From NCBI GenBank assembly GCA_963709585.1, contig CAVPXI010000013.1:96001-160000 (forward strand): 64,000 bases of DNA, written 5' to 3'. A model generated the notes under the pieces. The model made no database searches. It saw nothing but the letters and a program-made list of their open reading frames with translations, and was not told the origin of the DNA. This document shows positions 1-10,819 of this stretch, one piece after another. Both the position numbers and the translations under genes were made by a program. Within the stretch, counting starts at the first letter, position 1; every line of letters begins with the position of its first letter. Source of the DNA: Candidatus Dormiibacterota bacterium. GTDB lineage: Bacteria; Chloroflexota; Dormibacteria; Aeolococcales; Aeolococcaceae.

Positions 1-63
1 CCGCTGGAACAACATCGCTCGTGTCCTGGCGGCCATCTTTGCCGGACTCAGCGGCGACGAGGA

Positions 64-1899
64 GTGACCTCAACCGCTCGCCGGATCCACATTCCGTCAG
101 ACCTTCACCGACGAGCCCTCGACTGGGTACGAGGCACGCAGGGCGGGATCATCGCGATCGCGCTCGTGGTCGGCGCCGGCGGCGGACTCGGGGCGATCCT
201 CTTTCGCGACATCATCCGCTGGTTCACCCTGCTCTTCACCGGTCACAGCGATTACAGCGCCGCTGGACACGCGATCAATCCCAATGTGCCGTGGCTTGGC
301 ATCTACTTCGTCGTTCTCGCGCCCGTTGTCGGGGGTCTCATCTACGGCCCTCTGATCCAGCTCTTTGCTCCTGAAGCTCGAGGCCACGGCGTCCCCGAAG
401 TCATGCTCGCCGTGGCTGATCGGGGCGGGAAGATCCGACCTCAGGTGTCTGTCGTCAAGTCGCTCGCCTCAGCGATCTGCATCGGCGCGGGCGGGTCGGT
501 GGGACGCGAAGGCCCCATCGTGCAGATTGGCTCGGCGCTGGGCTCCTCGATCGGGCAGGTGCTGCACGTCTCCGAGAACCGATTGCGTTTGCTCGTCGCT
601 TGCGGTACGGCCGCCGGTATCTCGGCCACGTTCAACGCGCCTATTGCCGGTGTCTTCTTCGCGCTCGAGCTCATCCTCCAGGACTTCGCCGTGGACTCCT
701 TCGGTGCTGTCGTGCTCGCGTCGGTGACCGCCGACGTCATCGGACGCGCGGCGTTCGGCAACCAGGCGTTCCTCACGCTGCCCGCGTTCCACATCGTGTC
801 CACCTGGGAGTTCGGCCTCTACGCGATCCTCGGGGTGCTGGGTGGCGTTGCCGGGCTTGCATTCATCCGCATCCTGTACGGGACCGAGGATCTCCTGGAT
901 CGCATGTGGCATGGCCCCGAATGGCTGCGTCCGGTGGCTGGTGGCGTGCTCCTCGGACTCCTGCTGCTGGCGCTCCCCGAGCTCTATGGCGTCGGCTATC
1001 CGGTACTCCAAAACGCGGTCGCCGGACAGATCGTTCTCGGGCTGCTCCTGGTGTTGCTCGTTGGCAAGATGCTCGCCACAAGCCTGACGATCGGCATCGG
1101 TGGATCCGGCGGTGTCTTTGCTCCATCACTGTTCATGGGCGCGATGCTGGGTACCGCGTTTGGTCTGGTCGCCAACCTGCTGTTCCACGGTTCGGTTGCG
1201 CCCGCCGGGGCGTACGGGCTCGTTGGTATGGGGGCGGTGTTCGCGGGGGCAGCACGAGCGCCGATCACAGCCGTGATCATCATCTTTGAACTCACCGGCG
1301 ACTACACCATCATCCTGCCTTTGATGGTCGCGATTGTCGCGGCCACCGGGCTCAGCAATCTGTTGTCCAAAGACACCATCTACTCACTCAAGCTGCGTCG
1401 GCGCGGGATCGACATTCTCAGATCACGCAGCGCCAACCTCATGCAAGAGATTCGAGTCCGCGATGCCATGCAGCCAGTGCCAGAGCCACTCCTGGTCACG
1501 ACGCCCATGGACGACTTGGTCGGCCGGTTTGCGCGGCGCGACGTAGCCGCGCTCCCGGTGGTGGATGTTGATGGCGGGTACCGCGGCGTGGTGACCGCCG
1601 GAGAGCTCGAAACCGCCTTGGGTAACGACACGTTCGACATCACCGCGGGCGACCTTGCCCACCTGGCAACCGCCGTTGCACCAGACGCGCCCCTTGACAC
1701 CACGCTCTCGCAGTTCGTCCAGCAGGGCACCTCGGCATTGCCGGTGATGGACCCAGGCGGTTCGACCATCCTTGGATGGCTGACCCATCGCGACATCCTG
1801 GCCGCATACCAGACGCGGGTCGAATCAGACCGAGCCGACACCCGCAGCTCGCAGTCTTCGGCGGTGAAACCGGAGTCAGCGAAAGGAGCACCCTCGTGA
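64..1899 (+). CDS. ClC-family chloride channel/antiporter with C-terminal CBS domains
   Basis: 611 aa; ClC signature motifs GHGVPE, GREGP and GVFAP; many TM segments; CBS-like C-terminus. Confidence 0.93.
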   Translation: MTSTARRIHIPSDLHRRALDWVRGTQGGIIAIALVVGAGGGLGAILFRDIIRWFTLLFTGHSDYSAAGHAINPNVPWLGIYFVVLAPVVGGLIYGPLIQLFAPEARGHGVPEVMLAVADRGGKIRPQVSVVKSLASAICIGAGGSVGREGPIVQIGSALGSSIGQVLHVSENRLRLLVACGTAAGISATFNAPIAGVFFALELILQDFAVDSFGAVVLASVTADVIGRAAFGNQAFLTLPAFHIVSTWEFGLYAILGVLGGVAGLAFIRILYGTEDLLDRMWHGPEWLRPVAGGVLLGLLLLALPELYGVGYPVLQNAVAGQIVLGLLLVLLVGKMLATSLTIGIGGSGGVFAPSLFMGAMLGTAFGLVANLLFHGSVAPAGAYGLVGMGAVFAGAARAPITAVIIIFELTGDYTIILPLMVAIVAATGLSNLLSKDTIYSLKLRRRGIDILRSRSANLMQEIRVRDAMQPVPEPLLVTTPMDDLVGRFARRDVAALPVVDVDGGYRGVVTAGELETALGNDTFDITAGDLAHLATAVAPDAPLDTTLSQFVQQGTSALPVMDPGGSTILGWLTHRDILAAYQTRVESDRADTRSSQSSAVKPESAKGAPS

Positions 1900-1987
1900 T
1901 CGCTCGGTGGTGCGTCGCCATCCTCGCCTGCGCTGGTCGCGACTGACCTGGCCTCTCCCCGCTGCACGACTGTTCCATAATCTGCAC

Positions 1988-2635
1988 ATGCGTGCAGCAC
2001 CGGGCGATCTCACCGCTGCGGCCACGATCCGGGAGACAGCCATGCGGCTCTTCGCCCGACGGGGTGCCGCTGCAGTGACCATCCGCGACATAGCCGCCGA
2101 GGCAGGCGTCTCACCCTCGCTGGTCATTCACCACTACGGGTCGAAGCAGGGACTGAGGGAGGCGGTCGACAATCGCGCGATCGCCCTCGTCAACGCTTTC
2201 GTCACCGAGCTCACGGCCGCTTCCGGTGGGGGGCCGAGCGCGTCACTGGCGGCAGCGCTCTCCAGCGAGCTCGAACGAGATCCGCTGCTCCCGGGGTACC
2301 TGCGACGCCTCCTCGTCGACGGTGGTAAGCCTGCCGAGACCCTCTTTCGGAGCCTCTTCGAGGCGGTGCTCTCGGGCTATGCAACCCTTGAAGCGGCGGG
2401 GCTGGTACGACCTTCGTCCGACGCCGAGGTCAGAGCCGCCTTCCTGCTGGTCAATGACCTTGCGGTTGTGCTGCTTCGTGACCAGGTGCACGAGGTCCTC
2501 GGCATTGATCCTCTCGCGCGCTCGGGGATGGAGCGATGGACCGCTCAGGTGCTCGACGTCTATTCGCGCGGGGTGCTGACGATCGGTGAGGTCTCTTCCA
2601 CTGAAACGGATCCGCCTCGGGGGGCCGGGTCATGA
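1988..2635 (+). CDS. TetR/AcrR family transcriptional regulator
   Basis: N-terminal HTH 'IRETAMRLFARRGAAAVTIRDIAAEAGVSPSLVIHHYGSK'; in-frame ATG at 1988 chosen as start. Confidence 0.9.
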   Translation: MRAAPGDLTAAATIRETAMRLFARRGAAAVTIRDIAAEAGVSPSLVIHHYGSKQGLREAVDNRAIALVNAFVTELTAASGGGPSASLAAALSSELERDPLLPGYLRRLLVDGGKPAETLFRSLFEAVLSGYATLEAAGLVRPSSDAEVRAAFLLVNDLAVVLLRDQVHEVLGIDPLARSGMERWTAQVLDVYSRGVLTIGEVSSTETDPPRGAGS

Positions 2636-3546
2636 CGGTTGTGGTGAGCGCAGAGAAGCTGACCAAGACCTTTGGGACACACCGTGGCATCGTCGGCGTT
2701 GACGTCAGCGTCGCGGAGGGAGATATCTTCGGGTTCCTTGGCCCGAACGGGTCCGGCAAGTCAACAACGATCCGTCTCCTGACCGGCCTCTTCCACCCGA
2801 CGTCCGGCACCGCAAAGGTCTTCGGACTCGACCCCATCGCAGACGCTGTCGCGATTCATCGACGTGTTGGATATCTTCCAGGGGAACTCGCGCTCCACCC
2901 TCGCCTGACCGGGCAGCAGCACGTCGACTTCGCCGCCAGGGTCCGCGGTCTGCAGGACAGAACCTTCCTCCATGAATTGGTGGACCGGTTCCAGATCGAC
3001 CTCGAGCGGCCCACTCGCACGTTGTCCAAGGGCAATCGACAGAAGATCGGCATCCTGCTCGCCGTCATGCATCGACCTGAGCTGGTCATCCTCGACGAGC
3101 CGACATCGGGACTTGACCCCCTGATGCAGGACGAATTCGAACGTCTGATGCGTGAACTGGTAAGCACCGGGGCGACCGTCTTCCTCTCTTCCCACGAACT
3201 CGACGAAGTGCAGCGCGTCACGACCCGCGTGGCGATCATCAAGGACGGACACCTCGTCGTCACCGACACGGTCGAGGCGTTGCGCCGGCGGGCACCTCGG
3301 ACCATCGAGTTCTCCTTCCCAAGGACCGTCGATCCGAAGCCCTTCGCATCGATCGAGGGCGTTCAGGTCGTCGCCGCCACTGGGCAACGCATCACTCTGG
3401 CGCTCCGCGGTGCCGTTGCCCCCGTACTTCGCGTTGCTGCCGAATTGGATCCGCTCGACATCGTCGCTCGTCCAGCCGATCTCGACGAACTCTTCCTCAC
3501 CTACTATCGGGACCCATCCGCGGAGGAGCCGGTCGATGCGCGCTGA
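2632..3546 (+). CDS. ABC-2 type exporter ATP-binding protein
   Basis: Walker A GPNGSGKST, signature LSKGNRQK, Walker B VILDEPT; ATGA overlap with tetR. Confidence 0.93.
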   Translation: MTVVVSAEKLTKTFGTHRGIVGVDVSVAEGDIFGFLGPNGSGKSTTIRLLTGLFHPTSGTAKVFGLDPIADAVAIHRRVGYLPGELALHPRLTGQQHVDFAARVRGLQDRTFLHELVDRFQIDLERPTRTLSKGNRQKIGILLAVMHRPELVILDEPTSGLDPLMQDEFERLMRELVSTGATVFLSSHELDEVQRVTTRVAIIKDGHLVVTDTVEALRRRAPRTIEFSFPRTVDPKPFASIEGVQVVAATGQRITLALRGAVAPVLRVAAELDPLDIVARPADLDELFLTYYRDPSAEEPVDAR

Positions 3547-4325
3547 CATCGCAGTCATCGACCTCCGCTTACGCCGGCGAGCCCTCCTCAGCTACGTGGT
3601 GGGGATGGCGTTGTACGCGTTGGTCATCGTGGCGCTGTACCCGCAGTTCAAGGGCGCCACGAGCCTGGATCAACTCACAAAGAACGGGTCGACATTCGCG
3701 GCACTCTTCGGGGCGACGGGGTCATTGACGTCACCGAGCGGATGGCTCGACGCCAACATCTATGAGAACTTCCTCCCGCTCATCATGCTGCTCATCACCG
3801 TGGGCTACGGGGCGTCCTGCATTGCCGGACAGGACGAGGACGGCACGCTGTCGCTTGCCACGATCCTCCCGATATCGCGACGCGCTGTGGTGCTTCAAAA
3901 GGTCGGAGCGTTGACCGTGCAGGCGCTCCTGCTCGCGATCGCAACCATGGGGTGCGTGCTCATCGGAAGGCAGTTCGATCTCTCCTTCCCCCTCACGCAT
4001 CTCGCCGGATTGAGTTTCTGGGGTCGCGCTCCTCGGCGTTGACTTTGGACTGTGTGCCCTCGCCGCCGGGTCGATCACCGGCAGCCGCGGGACCGCGCTC
4101 GGCGTCACCGCAGCGCTGGCCGCTGCCTCGTATCTGGTGAGTTCACTCGCCCCAGTAATCGGATGGATTCGCCCGGCTCGGTACGCATCGCTCTTCTACT
4201 GGTCGGTCGGAAACCAGCAGCTTGCCAACGGTCTCAGCCTCGCGTCTGTTGGGGTGCTGATCTCCGTCGGGGCCCTCTTGACACTGACCGGGGTTGCCGG
4301 GTTCCGCAGGCTCGACCTTCACTGA
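3536..4325 (+). CDS. ABC-2 type permease, split by an apparent frameshift near 4015 (probably a sequencing artefact)
   Basis: ORFs 3410..4042 and 4137..4325 join into one hydrophobic permease if one base is removed near GAGTTTC (4012-4018). Confidence 0.8.
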
Positions 4326-4543
4326 TTCGATCAAGACAGTGGCTGTCGCAGGCAGGGCGGCGCCGACTCCCGCCCGGATCGGCTCGGTCGCTGCAGTACT
4401 GTGGCGCAGAGCAACGGCAGCGACCGCCGACGGCGGACGGTTGAGCCTGCAGACGTGGATGCACCATGGCGGCGCCATATCCGCGAAAGAGAGAAAGCGA
4501 GCCGGTCCCGCCGCCGCATCGGCGGAACTGGGGCTGACGATTC

Positions 4544-4750
4544 CTAGTTGCTGAGACCGTGGCTGATGTTGGAAAACACGTTGTTCACCTGATGGCCGAC
4601 GGTTGTGAGGATGACGATGACCATGATCGCAATAAGGACGAGGATAAGGGTGTACTCCACCATCCCCTGTCCACTCTCATCCGGACCGTCGAGCACCTCT
4701 GCCAGTCGAGTCAACGCGAACTCACGGAAGCGAAAGACCGAGGATTGCAT
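4544..4750 (-). CDS. flp: Flp family type IVb pilin
   Basis: 'ESGQGMVEYTLILVLIAIMVIVILTTVG...VF' prepilin cleavage/EY motif; AGGAG RBS upstream of ATG 4750. Confidence 0.88.
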   Translation of the reverse strand: MQSSVFRFREFALTRLAEVLDGPDESGQGMVEYTLILVLIAIMVIVILTTVGHQVNNVFSNISHGLSN

Positions 4751-5624
4751 GGATTCTCCTGAGCAGTGTTGATTTGAGATCACGATGCAAGACCGACTTG
4801 AAAGTCGCCGAAATATCCTGCGACAGGCGCCCGTACCATCAGGCAACCCCGCGTGACGGAGGTGTGACGTGGGCCAGGCTTCCCTCGGTTCGTATACCGC
4901 TGGGATCAACGTGCGCAAAGGGCTCGACGTGCTGGTCAACCCGGATGTGACCGGAGAGGTCGACAGGCGCACACGGTCCATGCCGTCAGGAGCGCGTAGA
5001 CGCAGCGGGCGAGTTCGACCACTGCTCGGTCGCGCCATGTGCCGAGCCGTATGAAGCCAATGGGGACTGCAGGCTGCACCTACGGCGAATAACGGACCAC
5101 GGCGACGCGGGTGACTCGCATCGTTTACGTATGGCGCCCTACCGCGGCGCGCTTTGGTCGGTCGATGGCTGTGAGCGCAGCGCGGACTCGGTCGGCCTTT
5201 GCCGCGACCACTACCTCATGTGGATCCGCGAGGACCCTGCCCGTCCGCGCTGTTCCGTCCCCGAATGCGGGCGAGGCGCCGAGATCCGCAGATCGGTGCA
5301 AGATGTGACGAGAAGGGGAGCACCTGCAACTCATTCCCTTCCTGAAGGAGGCCCTTGGCATCGCGCCAGGGGTCTCTCTTCATGCGAGAACGCCGAGGCC
5401 GCCGAGTGGTTACGGACCTGGTGTATCGCCTTTCTTTGGGACCGGCACTCCCGGCCTCGACTGTCTATGCTGCAAACGAGGGCCGGGTAAGCCACTCACA
5501 TCCTTCTCGGCGATCGGGCCGTACATTCCCCGACCGTCCGCAAGACCTGCCCGGCCCCCATGTCAACTGACGGTCCTTTCGCGGACAGACGGGATATCGG
5601 CACGCTGCGAGGATTGCGGGGCCG

Positions 5625-5795
5625 ATGATCGTTTGCCCCGCCTGCGGCTCCGACCGGCTGATCCCCCTGACGTTCGGTCTCGTGCTAGGAGATGACAAGG
5701 TCGACCTGCCGAGGCGACCCGTCGCCAAGTGCGCGAACTGCGGAGAACGGACCTACGTCAGCGCCAGAGCTCACCGCGCGCTCTCGGCAGACTGA
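5625..5795 (+). CDS. Small Zn-ribbon protein (CPxC...RPxAKCxxCG family), 56 aa
   Basis: Translated by hand (not in the ORF track): MIVCPACGSDRLIPLTFGLVLGDDKVDLPRRPVAKCANCGERTYVSARAHRALSAD; paralogous to 10820..11023 and 50309..50521. Confidence 0.72.
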   Translation: MIVCPACGSDRLIPLTFGLVLGDDKVDLPRRPVAKCANCGERTYVSARAHRALSAD

Positions 5796-5963
5796 GCTCC
5801 CCCGACCGGCCTACCCTGACCACGCGCTGGGGTGTGCGAGTGTTCCGTCCGGCGAGGCGGCCACCCGCATCCGCGTTGTCGACCGACCAGTCTCTGACCG
5901 GCTCGTATGGGCGCGGCAGCGCCGAACGTCGAGGCGAACGAGTAACTTGAAGGCAAGGATCAA

Positions 5964-6107
5964 GTGCGAATCGATAACTTCTCATTCGGCTCCATCCAGA
6001 TCGACGGCCGGACCTACGCCCACGACGTGATCATCGATCGGGGCCAGATCCGCAAGCGCAGGAAGGGCGCGTCGAAGCGTCACCGCGAGAGCTATGGACA
6101 CACGGTG
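5964..6107 (+). pseudogene. N-terminal fragment of an Mth938-like domain protein
   Basis: 'MRIDNFSFGSIQIDGRTYAHDVII...RRKGASK...YGHT' resembles the Mth938 N-terminus; similarity is lost afterwards. Confidence 0.6.
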
Positions 6108-6244
6108 TCGATGGCGTCCAGTGGGCGCAAAGCTCATTCCCAAACCCGGCTGACCTCGATGTTCTCGAGGCTGCCGCTGCGGCCCCCGATCCGCTCTCCG
6201 TCCTGAAGCAGCGCACAGTAGCGGCGCCGTCTAAGAACCCTGAC

Positions 6245-6502
6245 ATGACGGAGGCCAATCGGCACGCTGCTGCACTCATCAGCATCTGGATATCGCACGG
6301 CGGCTACAGCGGAGAGCTGCAGAAGGCTCTGGACACGGCGATTGGTGGTGATGGTGCAAGAACGGTCGTCCCGGGCCTCGTCAATCTCTGCGCATACCTT
6401 GCCGCGATGGTCGGAACGCTCATAGGCTCGTCACCGTTGTCCCTGATCGGTGGCCTCACCATGGAAGCAGAGCCGCCCGAGGGGCCGGTACCGTCTCCAT
6501 GA
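6245..6502 (+). CDS. Hypothetical protein
   Basis: 85 aa ATG ORF with plausible composition; no recognisable motif. Confidence 0.4.
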   Translation: MTEANRHAAALISIWISHGGYSGELQKALDTAIGGDGARTVVPGLVNLCAYLAAMVGTLIGSSPLSLIGGLTMEAEPPEGPVPSP

Positions 6503-6640
6503 GAGGTGCCAGGGGCTCTCCGCCCACCCACGGCGAACGAATTTCGATCACGCTTGAGGAGCCTGAGTGCGGCGTGATCGGCGGGCGAAGAGAGGGCTTC
6601 GTGCCGAAAGTTCGAATAAGGAGATCTTCCCCCGTGAAAA

Positions 6641-6662
6641 CTGCGGAGCTAGGATTCGAACC
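6641..6662 (-). other. Possible tRNA 3'-end remnant (T-loop to discriminator; Gln-like), att-like
   Basis: Minus strand reads GGTTCGAATCCTAG-CTCCGCA-G; only 22 nt. Confidence 0.35.
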
Positions 6663-6681
6663 GCAGACACACCGGGGGTTT

Positions 6682-6820
6682 GACCGTCTCCAGGCCAAGC
6701 GTGGACGTCTGATGGACGTCTGATGGACGGGGCGGCGGGAGACGGGGGTCTCCCGCGCGCGTACCACCGGCGCGCACGGAGTTGACTTCTCTTATCGGTT
6801 CGGTGCAGCTACGTGAGGGG
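6682..6820 (-). repeat. G-family att-like repeat G1 (decayed tRNA-Gly 3' half plus arms)
   Basis: Three TGGACG at 11-bp period, GCGGGAGAC-GGGG-GTCTCCCGC inverted repeat (6735-6756), TTCTCTTATCGGTTCGGT; aligns with G2-G4. Confidence 0.85.
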
Positions 6821-6883
6821 GTTGTTCTCAGGGCATCGAGCGATGCGGCTGCATTCGCGTTCGGGCGAGCGGGCGTTCCGCGT

Positions 6884-7378
6884 TTAGACGTCGCCGCCGA
6901 CGCTGTTGGTCGTGGTCCGGCGGAAGGTCGCGCGTGATGACGACGGCGACACAAGTGCGATGAAGATGACCGCGTTCACCGTGACGGTCACGATCCCTGG
7001 TATCGGGGTCGTGGCGATCCTGACGAACAGGACTCCGATGGCGATCCACACGACGCAGAAGAGCAGCGCGCTGATGAACATGGTCCGCGTCAGTAGCCAC
7101 CTCGACCCCACGGTCCACAGGCCCCATCCACCCATCGTGGCGATGACGATGCCGACTTCGACGACCCACCCGCCGATCGGGGGGTCGCCCGGAGGGTCGT
7201 TCACGATGCCGGGCAGGCCGCTGCCGCCGCGCAGCACGATCAAGCCGCCCACGACAAGGAGGGTGCCGAGAAGCAGCCACCAGGCACTCTCGATCCCGAG
7301 CAGCAAGCGCGCGATCGCGACGCCGCGAGGAAACGGTGCTGCCCGTGTCCGATCGGTCAACACGCTGTGCTCATCCAT
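6884..7378 (-). CDS. Hypothetical membrane protein (about 4 TM)
   Basis: Four hydrophobic stretches; ATG at 7378. Confidence 0.65.
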   Translation of the reverse strand: MDEHSVLTDRTRAAPFPRGVAIARLLLGIESAWWLLLGTLLVVGGLIVLRGGSGLPGIVNDPPGDPPIGGWVVEVGIVIATMGGWGLWTVGSRWLLTRTMFISALLFCVVWIAIGVLFVRIATTPIPGIVTVTVNAVIFIALVSPSSSRATFRRTTTNSVGGDV

Positions 7379-7543
7379 CGCCTTTGCGTGATCCTGCGCG
7401 CGCGTACAGACCGACAGAGGTATGTGCACGAAATTCACAGGAAACCGTAAGGCAAACGTAACGACCGCGCAAGGTCGCGCCCGCATAGTCCTGCTCAGTG
7501 CTGCTCGGCATCCTGCCAGGCGCCGCCCGTCGGAGGTTCAGCG

Positions 7544-9361
7544 ATGATCGCGTTCGGATACCTGGGTGACGAGTTGCGCCGTCGCTGGGGTCGAACCGTC
7601 GTCACCGCACTTGGTCTGGCCGCCGGGGTTGGTCTCGTCATGGGAATCATCGGCGTGTCCGCGGGGCTGAGCGCGGCACAGAACCAGGCACTGTCGCCGC
7701 TCTCGTCGGTCGGGACCGACATCATCGTCACCAGAACGGTGGGTGCGACGACGACTGCAGCTGCATCACCGAGTCCGTCCCCTGGGGCAACGCAGAGCGG
7801 GGGGACCGGAGGCGGCGGGTTCTTTGGTCCAGGCGCTGGCGGCGGTGGTGGGGGCGGTGGCGGTGCCGGCCTCGGGGGTGCCGGCCTCGGGGGTGCCTCT
7901 TCAACCATCAGCCAGCTCAATGCTGCGGATCAGGCGGCGCTCTTGAACGCAAACTCATCGGTGCTGACCGATCTCGCCAAACTCGGCCCGTCAGGCACGG
8001 CGTTCGTGCACGACTTCTTCGTTCCCGGGACGCTCATTACGTTCCCCCAGGTTGCTGTTCAGGATGTGGCTTCAGTTCCTGGCGTGGAATCCGCCGTACC
8101 CGGACTGTCGCTGCAGGCGATCCATGAGTTGGGAACCGTACCGGCGATCACCGACACGGTGACAACCGGTGGCCAGACGATCACGTCGGTTGAGAAGCCA
8201 GCGCCGCTCACCGCTGCTGAACAGAAGTCGGTGTCCGCCTGCATCCGGGCCGCGGGAGGCTTCACGCGGCCCTCACCGGGAGCCACCCCAAACCCCGGGG
8301 GCGACGGTGGAGGTCGGGGATTCGGTGCGGCCTTTACGAAGTGCCTGCCGGCGCGTTTCCAGCAATACGAAGCCAAGGTGGTGGTGCCGACTTAAACCAT
8401 CACCCGCATCCTCAACCCGCCAACCACGAACACCCAGACCAAGACCTACACCGCAGCGGCAGTGAATCCGACAAACACCACCACGGGGCTGATCACCAGC
8501 GCGCAGGTCGTGTCTGGCAGCTGGTTCTCCTCGACGCCAGCCGATGAGATTCTCGTCAACACCGCCTATGCCTCGAGCAACAGCATCAAGGCCGGTCAGA
8601 CGATGACCATCAACGGTACGGTGTACACGGTCCAAGGGTTGGTGGCCCCGACGCTCACCGGCGACGTGTCGGACCTCTACTTCGATCTGACCACCCTGCA
8701 GTCGCTGTCGACCAACTCGTCGCGGGTCAATGAGGTCCTCGTCAAGGTGTCCAAAGCGAGCGATGTCGATGCAGTTGCCGCAGCGATCAAGGCCAAGCTC
8801 CCCGGAGCGCAGGTGCTCACCGCGAAGTCGCTCGCCAATCAGGTGACCGGTAGTCTGGCCAACGCTCAGACCATCGCGGCCAACCTTGGCGGCGCCTTGG
8901 CGGTGATCATTCTGCTCGCTGCGTTCCTGATCGCTGCCCTGCTCACCACGTCGTCCGTCAGCAAGCGTGTCCGCGAGATTGGCACCCTTCGCGCCATCGG
9001 CTGGCGCAAGGCTCGCGTAGTGCGCCAGATCATGGCCGAGACCGTTGGCATCGGCATCGTCGGGGCCGTGATAGGCGTGCTCGCTGGACTCGCCGTCGCG
9101 GAAGCCGTGAACCTCTTCGGGCCGACGCTGTCCTCAACGACGTCTGGCTTGTCCGTCGGTGCGTCGACGGCCAGCACTCTCTTCCATCAAGCTACGACGG
9201 CGTCGACCAGTCAGTCGCTGCACCTCCAAGCCGTGATCACGATCACGACCGTGCTCCTGGGCGTCGGGTTCGCGCTCCTCGGCGGACTCGTCGCGGGCGC
9301 GCTCGGTGGTTGGCGAGCGGCACGACTGTCGCCTGCGATCGCCTTGCGAGATTTGGGATGA
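7544..9361 (+). CDS. MacB/FtsX-family ABC permease, interrupted by in-frame TAA at 8393-8395 (probably CAA)
   Basis: ORFs 7544..8395 and 8462..9361 share a frame; C-terminal 'RVREIGTLRAIGW' and 'RLSPAIALR' FtsX motifs. Confidence 0.85.
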
Positions 9362-10065
9362 CGACCATGGACGTGGCGACCCCCCTCTACCAGCTCCGAG
9401 GCGTCGAACGCCGCTACCTCAAAGGTGCGGCGGAAGTGGTCGCGCTCCGCGATGTCGACCTCGAAATCACCCGGGGCGAGTTCATCTCCATCGAAGGACC
9501 CTCCGGTTCGGGCAAGAGCACACTCCTCCAGCTCGTCGGGGCGCTCGACACGCCCAGCGCCGGAACAGTGCAATTTGACAACCAAGATCTGTCCAGAGCT
9601 CGGGATCGCGCCTTGACGGACATCCGGGCGACCCGGATTGGCTTCATCTTCCAGCAGTTCAATCTGATTCCCACCTTGAGCGCGGCCGACAACGTCGCCA
9701 TCGCCGTCGACCCGCACGTCTCCAAGACGGACCGCCGCGCTCGAGCCCTGGAGTTGTTGGCATCAGTCGGCCTGGCGCAACGTGCGCATCACCTGCCGTC
9801 GCGCATGTCGGGTGGCGAGCAACAACGCGTCGCTATTGCTCGGGCGCTCGCCAATCGTCCGGAGGTCATCATCGCCGACGAGCCCACGGGAAACCTGGAC
9901 TCCAAGAGCGCCGCCGACGTCATGGAACTGCTGGTTGGGTTGCGATCGGAGACGGGTGTCACCGTGATCGTCGCCACCCACGACGAGGAGGTCGCCAAGC
10001 ATGCCAGCCGTCGCATTCGGATCCGCGATGGCGCTGTCGTATCCGATACAGCCGCGCAGCAATGA
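9358..10065 (+). CDS. LolD/MacB-type ABC ATP-binding protein
   Basis: GPSGSGKST, MSGGEQQRVAIARAL, IIADEPTGNLD. Confidence 0.93.
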   Translation: MTTMDVATPLYQLRGVERRYLKGAAEVVALRDVDLEITRGEFISIEGPSGSGKSTLLQLVGALDTPSAGTVQFDNQDLSRARDRALTDIRATRIGFIFQQFNLIPTLSAADNVAIAVDPHVSKTDRRARALELLASVGLAQRAHHLPSRMSGGEQQRVAIARALANRPEVIIADEPTGNLDSKSAADVMELLVGLRSETGVTVIVATHDEEVAKHASRRIRIRDGAVVSDTAAQQ

Positions 10066-10161
10066 CCACCGGTCGCTGCTAGCCGGCTCGCTCACTACCG
10101 CCCGTACAAGCCGCTCGGGTGGCCGCGCTGGCTCCGCGACTGCGACGGAGGCTCGTGCGCC

Positions 10162-10692
10162 ATGACCGACAGACCGCGCCCGCCGACCGAAGACGAGCGG
10201 TTGGCCTTTGATGCTGCGACGCGGGGGTCTCCCAGGGAGTTCGTCCGCATCTGCCGCCGGGCTGGCAAAGAGCCGGGACGCATGCTCGATAGGTTTGACG
10301 CGACGCCGTGGCGTTGGTTGTACTACTTCTCGCCGTCGGACTTGGTGAGCGACGGGATGCGAACCCTGCCCTACCCACCAGAGATCCGAGCACGACTCGA
10401 CGCGACTCGCAAATATGTCGAGGCCCCAAAATGGCAGCGCATGTTTTGCGTCAGTAGACGTGCCGCCGGTTGCCGCTACGGTCACGCGCCTGCGCGACCA
10501 GGGGGGCGATGCCGTCGCCGACCCGGGACCCGTCTGGCGATGCCAGCACGAGCACGGCAGCAGCGCGTGTGTGCGATGCGGCATCTGGTAACCGTTGCGC
10601 TTCATCCGCGACGTCTGGAGGTACAACCGATGACCGACACGGAGCAGACACTCCTCCTCTGGCCGTATCCGCACGCACCTTGGTTGTGGTAG
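10162..10692 (+). CDS. Hypothetical protein (3' end uncertain)
   Basis: GGAGG RBS before the ATG; first ~95 aa look protein-like, the remainder does not. Confidence 0.35.
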   Translation: MTDRPRPPTEDERLAFDAATRGSPREFVRICRRAGKEPGRMLDRFDATPWRWLYYFSPSDLVSDGMRTLPYPPEIRARLDATRKYVEAPKWQRMFCVSRRAAGCRYGHAPARPGGRCRRRPGTRLAMPARARQQRVCAMRHLVTVALHPRRLEVQPMTDTEQTLLLWPYPHAPWLW

Positions 10693-10819
10693 ACGTAGCC
10701 CTCGCTCGGGTGATCGTTGAGCGAAGTCGTATCCGTATGGAACGCTGCAACCTTGGCCACTTGTTTCCGAGTTACCTCTCCCAGGAACGACGTCTGTTAG
10801 CTACCGCACCGAGCGGGGG

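Noticed and set aside
4760-4870. c-di-GMP riboswitch upstream of the pilin
   Set aside because: The conserved GGCAAA/GCAAAGC elements were not found by eye.
7800-7896. G-rich tandem repeats
   Set aside because: They encode a Gly-rich linker in the ABC permease; the antisense poly-Pro ORF is a shadow.
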